Numbered from the stretch's first letter, positions 1-8,597 are shown. The stretch is 64,000 nt of DNA from an uncultured Methylomirabilota bacterium (GCA_963845565.1 CAWJSJ010000001.1:128001-192000), one strand, 5' to 3'. The notes: generated from the letters alone by a model not told the origin. Program-made: numbers and translations.

Positions 1-2
1 AG

Positions 3-302
3 GACATGGCAGGGATGAAGGAGTTCGCCAACCTGTTCTACCGTGAAGGGGCTCTCGATCCGAAGACCGCCCAGCTCGTCGCCATGGCCGCCATGTCGGC
101 GGCCGGTTGCACCAGTTGAGTGCCCTCCCGCTTCGCGGCCGCGAAGCAAGCCGGTGCCACCGAGGACGAGATCATGGAGACGCTGTATTACGCCATGCGC
201 GGCCGGGCCCGTGCCGCCTGGAGCACCATCAAGTACATCGACGGCATCGAGGACCTGAACAAGAAGTACGAAGCCAAGTACAAGGAAGGCACCGGTAAGT
301 AG
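3..302 (+). CDS. Carboxymuconolactone decarboxylase/AhpD-family protein, putative selenoprotein (CxxU); 5' end probably outside the window
   Basis: The frame is open from position 3 (DMAGMKEFANLFYREGALDPKTAQLVAMAAMSAAGCTS), then TGA at 117-119, then continues in frame as ORF 120..302 (VPSRFAAAKQAGATEDEIMETL). GALDPKT...C-x-x-[C/U]...AGAT.DEI.E is the CMD/AhpD signature. Confidence 0.85.
120..150 (+). promoter_or_regulatory. Putative bacterial SECIS element
   Basis: Perfect palindrome GCTTCGC-GGCC-GCGAAGC at 130-147, starting 10 nt after the TGA. The apical loop begins with G. Confidence 0.7.
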
Positions 303-322
303 CCGAGCGATCGGTACGGTTC

Positions 323-366
323 CCGACGGCCCCGTTCGCTCCGGCGAAGGGGCCGTCGGTTTCTTC
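323..366 (+). terminator. Putative intrinsic terminator
   Basis: ccgacggcccc...ggggccgtcgg stem followed by tttctt, just after the stop at 302. Confidence 0.55.
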
Positions 367-416
367 CATGCGCCTTCGGCGGAACGGTGAACGCCGCAGG
401 GCGAGCGGGGTCAGGC

Positions 417-1934
417 ATGTCGCGAACGTCACAGGAAGCCTACGATGCGTTGATCCGGCGAGTCAAGGCCGTCTCGCTGTTGGGGTCGTGCGGGGCCGTG
501 TTGCACTGGGACCATCAGACCTACATGCCTTCCAAGGGGGGCGCCCATCGCGCCGAACAGCTCGCGCTGCTCGCCGGATTGTGCCACGAACAGTTCACGG
601 CACCGGAGATCGGCGACCTGCTCTCCTTGGCCGAGACGGGCGAGCGCCCGTGGGAAGCCGGGTCGGCGGCGGCGGTCAACCTGCGTGAGATCCGTCGTGC
701 CTACGACCGGGCCACCCGCATCCCGGCGGCGCTGGTGCAGGAACTGGCGCGCACCGCGACCCTGGCGCAGGATGTCTGGGTGGAGGCACGCAAGGCGTCG
801 GACTTCGGCCGATTCCGGCCCTGGCTGGAAAAACTCGTCGGCCTGAAACGAGAGGAGGCGCAGGCCGTGGGGCGGGGCGGCGGCCTCTACGATGCCCTCC
901 TGGACGAGTACGAACCGGGGGAGACGGCGGCGCGGCTGACGCTGGTCTTCGCAGAGCTCCGGACCGCCCTGGTCGATCTGGTGGGGCGAATCGCGGGCTC
1001 CGGACGTCGTCCGGACGGTACGATCCTGCGTCGCCTGTATCCCATCGCCGCGCAAGAGGCGTTCGGGAAATCCGTGGTGGCCGCCTTTGGCTTTGACTTC
1101 CAGGCGGGCCGGTTGGACGTGACCACTCACCCTTTCTGCAGCGGGATCGGTCCGGGCGACACGCGCCTCACCACGCGGTATGATCTCCACGATTTCGGCG
1201 ACGCCTTCTTCAGCATCCTCCACGAGGCGGGGCACGGGCTCTACGATCAGGGACTGGACGCCGGACACTACGGCACGCCCATGGGCGAGGCGGTCTCGCT
1301 GGGGATTCATGAGTCCCAGTCTCGGCTCTGGGAGAATTTCGTGGGGCGCAGCCGGGCGTTCTGGGAATATTGGCTCCCCCGGGCGCGTCAGGCGTTTCCA
1401 GAGGCCCTGGCGGGGGTTGATCTGGATGGCCTGGTCTTTGCCGTCAACGAGGTGCGATCCTCCTTCATCCGAGTGGATGCCGATGAGGCGACGTACAACC
1501 TCCACATCGTGTTGCGTTTCGAACTAGAGCAAGCCCTGATCGTCGGCGACCTGGCGGCGGCCGACTTGCCGGCCGCCTGGAACGAACGCATGGTGCGGTA
1601 TCTGGGATGCGCGCCGCCCGACGACGCGCAGGGGTGTCTCCAGGATATCCACTGGAGCGGGGGCAGCTTTGGCTATTTTCCAACCTACACGCTCGGAAAC
1701 CTCTACGCCGCGCAGTTCTTTGCAAAGGCGCAGGCCGAGCTGGGGGACCTCGGCGAGCAATTTCGCCGGGGGGAATTCCTGCCGCTCAGGGAGTGGCTGC
1801 GCGAGAAAATCCACCGGCCCGGCCAACGGTCCCGCGCCGCCGAGTTGGTGGCCGCAGTGACGGGGGAGCCGTTGAACCCGGCGTATCTGCTCCGGCATCT
1901 GCGGGAGAAGCTTGGGGCGCTGTACGGGGTGTAG
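417..1934 (+). CDS. Carboxypeptidase M32 (Taq-like)
   Basis: HPF, DTRLTTR, HEAGH (HEXXH), HESQ, IRVDADE, QDIHW and GYFPTYTLGN motifs. Confidence 0.95.
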   Translation: MSRTSQEAYDALIRRVKAVSLLGSCGAVLHWDHQTYMPSKGGAHRAEQLALLAGLCHEQFTAPEIGDLLSLAETGERPWEAGSAAAVNLREIRRAYDRATRIPAALVQELARTATLAQDVWVEARKASDFGRFRPWLEKLVGLKREEAQAVGRGGGLYDALLDEYEPGETAARLTLVFAELRTALVDLVGRIAGSGRRPDGTILRRLYPIAAQEAFGKSVVAAFGFDFQAGRLDVTTHPFCSGIGPGDTRLTTRYDLHDFGDAFFSILHEAGHGLYDQGLDAGHYGTPMGEAVSLGIHESQSRLWENFVGRSRAFWEYWLPRARQAFPEALAGVDLDGLVFAVNEVRSSFIRVDADEATYNLHIVLRFELEQALIVGDLAAADLPAAWNERMVRYLGCAPPDDAQGCLQDIHWSGGSFGYFPTYTLGNLYAAQFFAKAQAELGDLGEQFRRGEFLPLREWLREKIHRPGQRSRAAELVAAVTGEPLNPAYLLRHLREKLGALYGV

Positions 1935-2059
1935 CAGGCTGCTGAAAAAGGCCCATCTGCGGCGTTGGCCCGCCTCGCCACTCGCTGCGGCGTACCTCCA
2001 GTACGCCTCGCTCGGGCTACGGCGTGCCGCCTGGCATCTGGGCCTTTTTGAGCAGCCTG
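1935..2059. mobile_element. MITE/REP-like non-autonomous inverted-repeat element
   Basis: 21-bp terminal inverted repeats CAGGCTGCTGAAAAAGGCCCA / TGGGCCTTTTTGAGCAGCCTG (1 mismatch), an internal hairpin GCGTAC-ctcca-GTACGC, and an extra degenerate end copy GTTTTTCAGCA at 2071-2081. Confidence 0.7.
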
Positions 2060-2153
2060 GGTAAGACCGAGTTTTTCAGCATTGCAGCAGGCGCCGCGGG
2101 CATCGCGCGGCGACGGGCGCATCCCTCCGGACTGGCGGACGGATCCGGTCGCC

Positions 2154-2184
2154 CTGACCGCTGAATGCTGACAGGCTGATGGCT
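2154..2184. repeat. Degenerate heptamer tandem repeat (GCTGANN-like)
   Basis: ctgaccg-ctgaatg-ctgacag-gctgatg. Confidence 0.45.
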
Positions 2185-3239
2185 TACGCGATGTAGGGCA
2201 GTTCGTCCGGCAGGCCGAGATCTCCCAGGACCTCGGCCAGGGCCGCGCAGGTCTTCTCGTTCAGGGGAATCCCTTCGCGCTCGCGCCTGGCCGCGTGCTC
2301 TCGGGACCGCTCGCCGGGGATGTGGACCGGGCCGACGCCTGGCATGGGGCGAGCGGACTTCATGTATGCGGTGAGTTGGTCCACCTGGACCCGGAACTCC
2401 GCGGGCGGCAAGAACCAGGCAGGATTCAGCGCCAGGACGAAGACCCCGTTCATTTCCTCCGGCCCCGGATGGGGATTGGCGCAGCCGGCGCCGGACAGGA
2501 TTCCCGCCAGCACCTCCACCATCAAGCTCAGCGCGTATCCGCGATGGCCTCCGCCGGGGAGGAGGAACCCGGGCGGCTTCCCGAAGAGACTGGCAGGATC
2601 ACGGGTGGGTGCGCCGCCGGCGTCGATCAGCCAACCCTCCGGCGCCTGTTCGCCTCGGAGCAGGAGTTGGCGGACCTTGCCGTGGGCCGCGGCGCTGGTC
2701 GAGAAGTCGAATAAAATGCCGGGTCCGGTTCCCCCGGGAATTCCCACCGCGATGGGATTCGTGGACAGCCGTCCATCCATCCCGCCCCAGGGGACCACCG
2801 CTTGCCCGGCCCCCGAATCATTCACGGTGACGAAACCGATCAGGCCGGCATCCTTGATGGTCTGGACGTAATCCGCCAGGCGTCCGACGTGATTGCTGTG
2901 CTTCGCCGTGACCACACCGATGCCGCCGCTGCGGGATCGGTCGAGTGCGATCTGGGTGGCAAATCGCGCGACCACCTGGCCGAAGGCCTGCCGGCCGTCC
3001 ACCTGTACGGCGAACCCGCGCTCGTCCGCAATCGCCGGTTGCGCGGCGGGGTTGAGGAGGCCGTTCTTCCACCATTCGTGGTACTGCGCCAGACGAAACA
3101 CGCCGTGCGAGGCGTAATCGCACAGATTCGCTTCCACCAGAGCACATCCCACGGTCTCGGCGGTGTCCCGGGGGGCGCCCATCCGTTCACAGACGCGGAT
3201 CACGAGGGATCGCAGACCATCCGCACGCAGGGTTCGCAC
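2184..3239 (-). CDS. Ldh_2 family (malate/L-lactate/ureidoglycolate dehydrogenase-like) oxidoreductase
   Basis: SHGVFRL, DGRQAFGQ, HVGRL, STNPIA, GGHRGYALSLMVEVLAG and HIPGE motifs. GTG start follows a GGAGG RBS. Confidence 0.9.
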   Translation of the reverse strand: MRTLRADGLRSLVIRVCERMGAPRDTAETVGCALVEANLCDYASHGVFRLAQYHEWWKNGLLNPAAQPAIADERGFAVQVDGRQAFGQVVARFATQIALDRSRSGGIGVVTAKHSNHVGRLADYVQTIKDAGLIGFVTVNDSGAGQAVVPWGGMDGRLSTNPIAVGIPGGTGPGILFDFSTSAAAHGKVRQLLLRGEQAPEGWLIDAGGAPTRDPASLFGKPPGFLLPGGGHRGYALSLMVEVLAGILSGAGCANPHPGPEEMNGVFVLALNPAWFLPPAEFRVQVDQLTAYMKSARPMPGVGPVHIPGERSREHAARREREGIPLNEKTCAALAEVLGDLGLPDELPYIA

Positions 3240-3310
3240 GGTCGCCTCCTCTTCCAAACACCTCTCAGGACATCTGCGCCGGGAAAACACGGAACCGCAG
3301 ACCACACCGC

Positions 3311-3354
3311 GTGCCCGGACGTCCGGAGGCGGAGCCTCCGGAACGTCCGGGCAC
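3311..3354. repeat. Strong intergenic inverted repeat (hairpin)
   Basis: gtgcccggacgtccggaggc / gcctccggaacgtccgggcac, 20-bp arms with a 1-nt bulge. Confidence 0.55.
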
Positions 3355-3394
3355 TCTAGAAAATCTGCGGCATCGGTCCGGGTCGAAGGTGTGG

Positions 3395-3802
3395 CTATAC
3401 GCCCTGGCGTTCGGGCCTCGGAAGGTTGGTCCCGATCTCGATCAGGTGCCCCTCCGGGTCGCGGAAGAGGACCGTCCGTTGACCCCACGGCCGATCCGTG
3501 GGCACACCGATGAATTGGACGCCGCGCCCGGACAGTTCTCGATGTGCGCGATCCACATCGTCCACCAGGATCGTCACCGACGCGTCGTGCGCGCCGGCGG
3601 CGGGCCGGACCGCGTGCTCCGCTCCCGCCATCTCTGCGATGCGCGCGCGGCTCATGAGCGCAAACTTGGCGCCCTCCACGGCGAACTCCGCGTACCCCTC
3701 GGCCTTCAGGCGTACAGGCAGGCCGACCTTGTTGGCGTAAAAGTCCATGGTGCCCACAAAATCATCCACGAACAGGACGACATACCCCAGATACCAGAGC
3801 AT
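3395..3802 (-). CDS. VOC/glyoxalase family protein
   Basis: FY...VGL, VDDVDRAHREL and PWGQRTVLFRDPEGHLIEI motifs. Confidence 0.9.
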   Translation of the reverse strand: MLWYLGYVVLFVDDFVGTMDFYANKVGLPVRLKAEGYAEFAVEGAKFALMSRARIAEMAGAEHAVRPAAGAHDASVTILVDDVDRAHRELSGRGVQFIGVPTDRPWGQRTVLFRDPEGHLIEIGTNLPRPERQGV

Positions 3803-3858
3803 CGGTTTCTCCTCTAGCTTCGACGTTGGAGATCGGTACTGCGAACCATACCATGAGC

Positions 3859-3893
3859 GGGTTATGGATAACCCACCTGCGCCTATCTGTCAA
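3859..3893 (-). promoter_or_regulatory. Sigma70-like promoter with overlapping palindromic operator
   Basis: TTGACA-17-TATCCA on the minus strand. The inverted repeat GGGTTAT-gg-ATAACCC (3859-3874) covers the -10. Confidence 0.55.
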
Positions 3894-3990
3894 GGTCGCC
3901 GACGAACTCTGTGGCGGACACGCGGGGGCGCGAACGGGGTTGGGTCGCGCGGTGGCGGGGACATCCCGTCCCGCCGGGGCAAGGGCCGCC

Positions 3991-4026
3991 AAAAAGAAAA
4001 ACCCGGCGACGGGCGTCGCCGGGTTT
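3991..4026 (-). terminator. Intrinsic terminator of the cold-shock gene
   Basis: AAACCCGGCGAC-gccc-GTCGCCGGGTTT followed by TTCTTTTT on the minus strand. Confidence 0.85.
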
Positions 4027-4053
4027 CGGATGTCAGAGTCTCGGATGCCGCGC

Positions 4054-4266
4054 CTACTGCGCGACTACCTTGGTCACGTTGGCGGCTTGCTTTCCTTTCG
4101 GGCCGTCCACGACTTCGAATTCGACTTCCTGCCCCTCGCTCAGCGACCGGAAGCCCGTGCCCTCGATGGCGGTATAATGGACGAATACGTCATCACCGTC
4201 TGACCGCTCGATGAACCCGTAACCCTTCGCGTCGTTGAACCATTTCACTTTTCCGGTGAGCCTCAC
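4054..4266 (-). CDS. csp: Cold-shock protein (CspA family)
   Basis: [15 protein letters not shown] (RNP1), DVFVHY (RNP2) and [10 protein letters not shown]. Strong AAGGAGG RBS. Confidence 0.97.
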   Translation of the reverse strand: MRLTGKVKWFNDAKGYGFIERSDGDDVFVHYTAIEGTGFRSLSEGQEVEFEVVDGPKGKQAANVTKVVAQ

Positions 4267-4367
4267 TTCCCAACCTCCTTCTTTCCAAACGCGGGTCGTA
4301 TCACCGGCGGAGACGTCGGACTGAATCGCCCGCGCCCGCCCTCCGGTCCCCCTGCTGGGGCCGGCAC

Positions 4368-4410
4368 AAAAAGAAAAACCGCGACAGCGGCCTCAGCACG
4401 CGATCGCGGC
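4368..4410 (-). terminator. Terminator-like hairpin inside the csp 5' leader (candidate attenuator)
   Basis: GCCGCGAT...GTCGCGGT stem followed by TTTTCTTTTT on the minus strand, about 100 nt upstream of the csp start. Confidence 0.6.
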
Positions 4411-4455
4411 TCCAATAGCAGGGCATGCATACAAACGTAACGTCCAAGGCTTCAT
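4393..4455 (-). CDS. Putative 20-aa leader peptide MKPWTLRLYACPAIGAAIAC
   Basis: ATG at 4455 lies about 25 nt after the predicted TSS. Its TGA stop falls in the loop of the leader terminator hairpin. Weak GGAAG SD. Confidence 0.35.
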   Translation of the reverse strand: MKPWTLRLYACPAIGAAIAC

Positions 4456-4485
4456 ACCAGATCACTTCCAGCGTAAACGGCGCGC

Positions 4486-4514
4486 ACGTTATCGTGGCTG
4501 GAAGGGGTTGTCAA
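4486..4514 (-). promoter_or_regulatory. Sigma70-like promoter of csp
   Basis: TTGACA-17-TAACGT. Confidence 0.6.
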
Positions 4515-4688
4515 GGGGTTTCTGCAAGGATGTCTGGAAACCATAGGAATATAGGGGATCGGTGGACAGCGCCACGCCGTGGACGGTGCCGCATGGCGCC
4601 GGCGTGCGGGCAGGGCCGATGGCTCATCGAGTCGAGGGCCCAGCACACGCCGGGCTCGGTCGGCGAGACGCGAACTCCCACGCCGGCG

Positions 4689-4979
4689 TCACCAGAGCTT
4701 GACGCCCTTGTACACAAAGATCCAGGCGGGAATCTTCTTGATCATCTGCTGCTGTATCTCTTGCCCCGAGACGTTGTTCATCATCAGGTCGAATCCGATC
4801 TCCGCAAACCGCCAGCCTGCCGCGATTCCTGCCGTCAGGGCGATCACGCTGATCAGATAGTTGAGCCACGCGCCCCAGTGGAGGATCCGTGGGAGCAGGC
4901 GCCTGCGGGCCGTCGGAGACCGTCGGAGAAAGTGCAAGCGGGAATCGCTCTCATGCAACAACAGTTCACCGATAGACAT
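4689..4979 (-). CDS. Hypothetical small membrane protein
   Basis: GGAGG RBS before the ATG and one hydrophobic segment (WLNYLISVIALTAGIAAGW). Confidence 0.45.
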   Translation of the reverse strand: MSIGELLLHESDSRLHFLRRSPTARRRLLPRILHWGAWLNYLISVIALTAGIAAGWRFAEIGFDLMMNNVSGQEIQQQMIKKIPAWIFVYKGVKLW

Positions 4980-5627
4980 GTCGTCACCTCCATGAGTGTG
5001 AGGGGCGCGCCCTGCACATACCGTCTCTCGGGCTTGCCCCGTCCTCATCCCCTCGCGAAATCTCTGCCGTGCCGGCCACGGATTCGCTCTGCAGATCGGT
5101 TCGCCCCACGCCATGGCCGGATCGGCTTGGGAGGCACCATGTGTGCGTGCCGGGTCGGCATTTCAGGGTTCGATCCGGGGGCGTCACGCACCCTGCGAAT
5201 GTCCCACCCGGAACCATACTGGGGCAAGATGTGTGCCCAGTCGGTCAACAATTAAGATGACAGATATCCGTTTGGCGGGTAACCGCAGAGCGCCGCTCGA
5301 CGATTCGAAACCCCGGGATCGTCTGCGGGATTCGGAGCCCGCGACGTCCGGCGGAACAAAAGCGTAAGGAATTCCGACAACAGGGCGCAGATCCGGACGG
5401 GAAAGGGACCTCGGGGGCGTTTCGCGGCCCAATGGCCATCACGCGGCACCCGCTCCGCGGGGGTCGTGACGATTCAGACGGTTTGCCGCGATCGAATCGC
5501 GTTCGAGTGTCCACCACACCCGGCGCGTGCGCTCCCGATCGAATTTGTGGTACAGTACCTCACGCAGATCGCGCAGCGCGCTGCGAGTGTCGTGTTGCGA
5601 CCGGATGGGGGAGGAGAAAGACGCGCC

Positions 5628-6155
5628 ATGGATCGAACCGGCTTCTGCCCCTACTGCCGAACCGCACATCCTCCGCGAGAGCGACGGGACGGGGACCGGT
5701 CCGAGTTCGTCTGCCCGGTCTGCGGCACCCCGCTGGATATGGGGCCGGGCGGTGGAACGGCGGCTGAACCGGCGACCATCCTCTGCATCGACGACGATCG
5801 ACTGCTCCTCAGCTTCTTCACCGATGCGCTGGAAAGGCGGGGCTTCCGAACGCTGATCGCCACGGACGGTCCGTCCGGCATCGAGGCGGCCAGGGTGGGG
5901 CACCCGGACCTTATCCTCCTGGACGTCATCATGCCCAAGATGAGCGGGCTCGAAGTGTGCCGGCGATTGCGGGCCGAGCCCGGCTTCAAGGACACGCCGA
6001 TCGTTCTCTTGACCGCGTTACATGATCCCCACCTGGGCTTCGAGGGGAAGGAGGCCGGCGCGACCACCACCATGCGCAAGCCTTTCGGCGTCGAGCACAT
6101 CATCAGTACTATCGAGCGGATCCTGGGGTCACGGACCCGCCCCCCAACACTGTGA
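5628..6155 (+). CDS. Response regulator receiver with N-terminal zinc ribbon
   Basis: CPYC...CPVC followed by REC motifs ILCIDDD, LILLDVIMPKMSG, LLTA and KPF. GAGGAG RBS. Confidence 0.85.
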   Translation: MDRTGFCPYCRTAHPPRERRDGDRSEFVCPVCGTPLDMGPGGGTAAEPATILCIDDDRLLLSFFTDALERRGFRTLIATDGPSGIEAARVGHPDLILLDVIMPKMSGLEVCRRLRAEPGFKDTPIVLLTALHDPHLGFEGKEAGATTTMRKPFGVEHIISTIERILGSRTRPPTL

Positions 6156-6325
6156 GCCTCGCGGCACGCGGTTTCGACGGTGGAGTTTCCAGGGAGGGGT
6201 ATCGTGGCGGGGCGGGCGTCGACGCATGCCGCACACCCGCGCCGAGAGCGGGGCAGGACCGGATCGACGACCGGCTGTCGCGTGTGGGTCGCGCGCGCGT
6301 GCCCCTGACCGAGCGCGGTGCCCGC

Positions 6326-8233
6326 CTATCCGTGCGCGGGGTCCGTGCCGTGACCGCCGCCGGTCGGGGTCACCGCCATGGCGTTGGCCCCCCAGAATCC
6401 CAGTCGCTCGCCGGCCTGATAGTAGGCGGCCCGCACGCGGTTCAGATTCTGCGTGTAGACGAGACCGACCTTGGCGAACGTCTCGAAGATGGGGCCCTGC
6501 TCCTCGTTGATGGGGAGCGCGATGACCTTGGGGAGCCGGTCCAGGTTCGCCTGCAGGGCCTTGGTGAGTGCATTCAGTCGCTGAGACAGCTCGTCGTGCC
6601 CCTGCGCCGCGTGCTTCACGATGGGCGCGATGATCACGTCCACGCGCTCTCGCAGGCGATGCAACGAATCGGCCGCGATCGGCATCAGATAGGCTTCGGA
6701 TGTCGCCTGGACCTCGGTGGGGAGCGGGATGACCTCGACCCCGAGATCTCCCAGGAACCGCTGGAGGAGCAGCCCCAGTCGCTGCTGCAGGAAAACGTCC
6801 GGAACGGCGACACGCTTCCACGGCTTGACAAGGCCCGCCGCCCGCGCCCGCTCGACCTCGCCGTATAGGTTCTGGCGCAGCGTGGCCACGTATCCTTTGT
6901 TCGCCTTTGCCCACTCCCGGATGAGGCGCTTTCCGTACAGCTGGATCCCCGCGGTGTAGATATCCCGGCGTGCGACCAGGCTCCGCGCGATGGTCCCCCA
7001 GGAGTAGAACCTCTTCATGGCGCGCGTGGCGCCCATCTGGAGCTCGTAGGGGGAAAGCTTGCGGGGCTGATGCACGACGTGGTGACCGTCGTACAGGCTC
7101 CAGTCGGTGGTCAGGATGTCCTTGCTGCCCTTGGCGTACTGGTGATCCCAGTCCGGCGAGCCCGGGCAGGGGGTCAGGATCATGAACTGGACCGATTCCA
7201 ATTGCCGCGATTTGGCAAACGCCGCGGTGGCATCCAGCGTCTCCAGATCGTCCTCGTCCGACCCGATGACGAACATCCCGTGGATCTTGATGTTGTGGGC
7301 GTGAAACCGCTCGATGGCGCGCTCGATCTTGTCCAGGTCCTGCTTCTTCTGGAACAGCTTGAGCGTCCGGGGGTTGATGGACTCGAAGCCGACGTACACG
7401 TTGAAGCAGTTGCTTCGCCGCATGAGTTCCAGCATCTCCGGGTCATCGACGGTCTCGGTCCGGACCTGAGCGCCCCAGTGCGGGGTCACGCTGTCGGCAA
7501 TCATCCGCGAGAGCAGCTCCTTGGTGCGTCGCTTGTTGGCGGTGAAGATGTCGTCAGCGAAGAAGATATAGCTGGCATCCCGGTGGGTCTTCAGCTCTTC
7601 CACGACGCGGGTCACCGAGTGGGTCCGGAAGGCATGGCCGTACATGCCGGGCACGGAACAGAAGGTGCACGAAAACGGGCACCCGCGGGAGGTGGCAATG
7701 CTGACGATGCCGCCGCGCTTCCAGCCGTGAACCAGATCGAACGCAGGGATGGGGTTGGCGTCCAGATCCCGGATCATGGGCCGCTCGGGGTTATGGACGG
7801 TCCGTCCCTCTCGCCGGTAGGAGAGGTTCCGGACGCTGTCGAGGGATCGCCGACCCTGCAGCCCCTCCAGCAGCTCCACAAAGGCGCCCTCACCTTCTCC
7901 GCGGATCACGTAATCCGCGTGCTGCAGGCCTTCCTCGGTCAGGAACGACGTGTGCGTTCCTCCCAGCACCACCGGGATGCCGGCCGCCCGGACCGTTTCG
8001 GCCAAGGCGTACGAGGGCGGGGCCGTGGAGGTGATGGCGGAGATCCCGACGAGGTCGGCGCTCAGGACCTGCTGCATGTCAATCGGGGCGATGTCTTCGA
8101 TGTAGACCCGCACGGTGTAGCCCAGGTTGCGCAGGATGGTCCCGAGCAGCACCACGCCGAGGCGGGGAATCGCGACACGGCTGTACACGTGCAAGTGGGT
8201 GGACTTGGGCTCCACCAACACGATATTACGCAT
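6326..8233 (-). CDS. Cobalamin-binding radical SAM protein with C-terminal extension
   Basis: N-terminal B12-binding domain (DLVGIS, VLGGTH, DYVIRGEGE), SRGCPFSCTFC cluster motif and GFES. Confidence 0.9.
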   Translation of the reverse strand: MRNIVLVEPKSTHLHVYSRVAIPRLGVVLLGTILRNLGYTVRVYIEDIAPIDMQQVLSADLVGISAITSTAPPSYALAETVRAAGIPVVLGGTHTSFLTEEGLQHADYVIRGEGEGAFVELLEGLQGRRSLDSVRNLSYRREGRTVHNPERPMIRDLDANPIPAFDLVHGWKRGGIVSIATSRGCPFSCTFCSVPGMYGHAFRTHSVTRVVEELKTHRDASYIFFADDIFTANKRRTKELLSRMIADSVTPHWGAQVRTETVDDPEMLELMRRSNCFNVYVGFESINPRTLKLFQKKQDLDKIERAIERFHAHNIKIHGMFVIGSDEDDLETLDATAAFAKSRQLESVQFMILTPCPGSPDWDHQYAKGSKDILTTDWSLYDGHHVVHQPRKLSPYELQMGATRAMKRFYSWGTIARSLVARRDIYTAGIQLYGKRLIREWAKANKGYVATLRQNLYGEVERARAAGLVKPWKRVAVPDVFLQQRLGLLLQRFLGDLGVEVIPLPTEVQATSEAYLMPIAADSLHRLRERVDVIIAPIVKHAAQGHDELSQRLNALTKALQANLDRLPKVIALPINEEQGPIFETFAKVGLVYTQNLNRVRAAYYQAGERLGFWGANAMAVTPTGGGHGTDPAHG

Positions 8234-8352
8234 GACACGTCTCCTTCCGATGGCACACAGGCGGGACCCGGATGCAGCCGTGCCGTGCGGAACGCAACGA
8301 TGCGGAACCAGGGGAACGGCCGTACCTCGGGCTCAGCCCAAGACTGGCTGCC

Positions 8353-8381
8353 ACGCTATCGCAGGACCCTGTTGATGTCAA
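8353..8381 (-). promoter_or_regulatory. Sigma70-like promoter of the radical SAM gene
   Basis: TTGACA-17-TAGCGT. Confidence 0.55.
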
Positions 8382-8539
8382 CGCATTTGTCCCCAGGACG
8401 GCTCGGCCGCGAGACGTCGCCGACCGCCACGGCCCACGTCGCCCAGGCAGGCCCGGCGGGCGCGTGGAAACGCCGCCCCTGGGGCACCGACGTTTCGTTC
8501 CGGTCTCGAATACCAAGAGCGGGAGCCTGGGGAACGGCG

Positions 8540-8567
8540 TTGACAAGTTGGGCTAAGCTGGTATAAA
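8540..8567 (+). promoter_or_regulatory. Sigma70-like promoter
   Basis: TTGACA-16-TATAAA with extended -10 TG. Confidence 0.65.
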
Positions 8568-8597
8568 GGTAACCTGCTGAAAAACTTGAGAGGAGCG

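Noticed and set aside
120..302. Stand-alone 60-aa ORF as given in the ORF track
   Set aside because: Better explained as the C-terminal half of the TGA-readthrough CMD/AhpD protein.
5161..5180. GGTTCGATCC resembling a tRNA T-loop
   Set aside because: No acceptor, D or anticodon stems can be built around it.
6326..8350. Cobalamin riboswitch upstream of the B12 radical SAM gene
   Set aside because: The predicted leader is only about 110 nt and I found no B12-box consensus.
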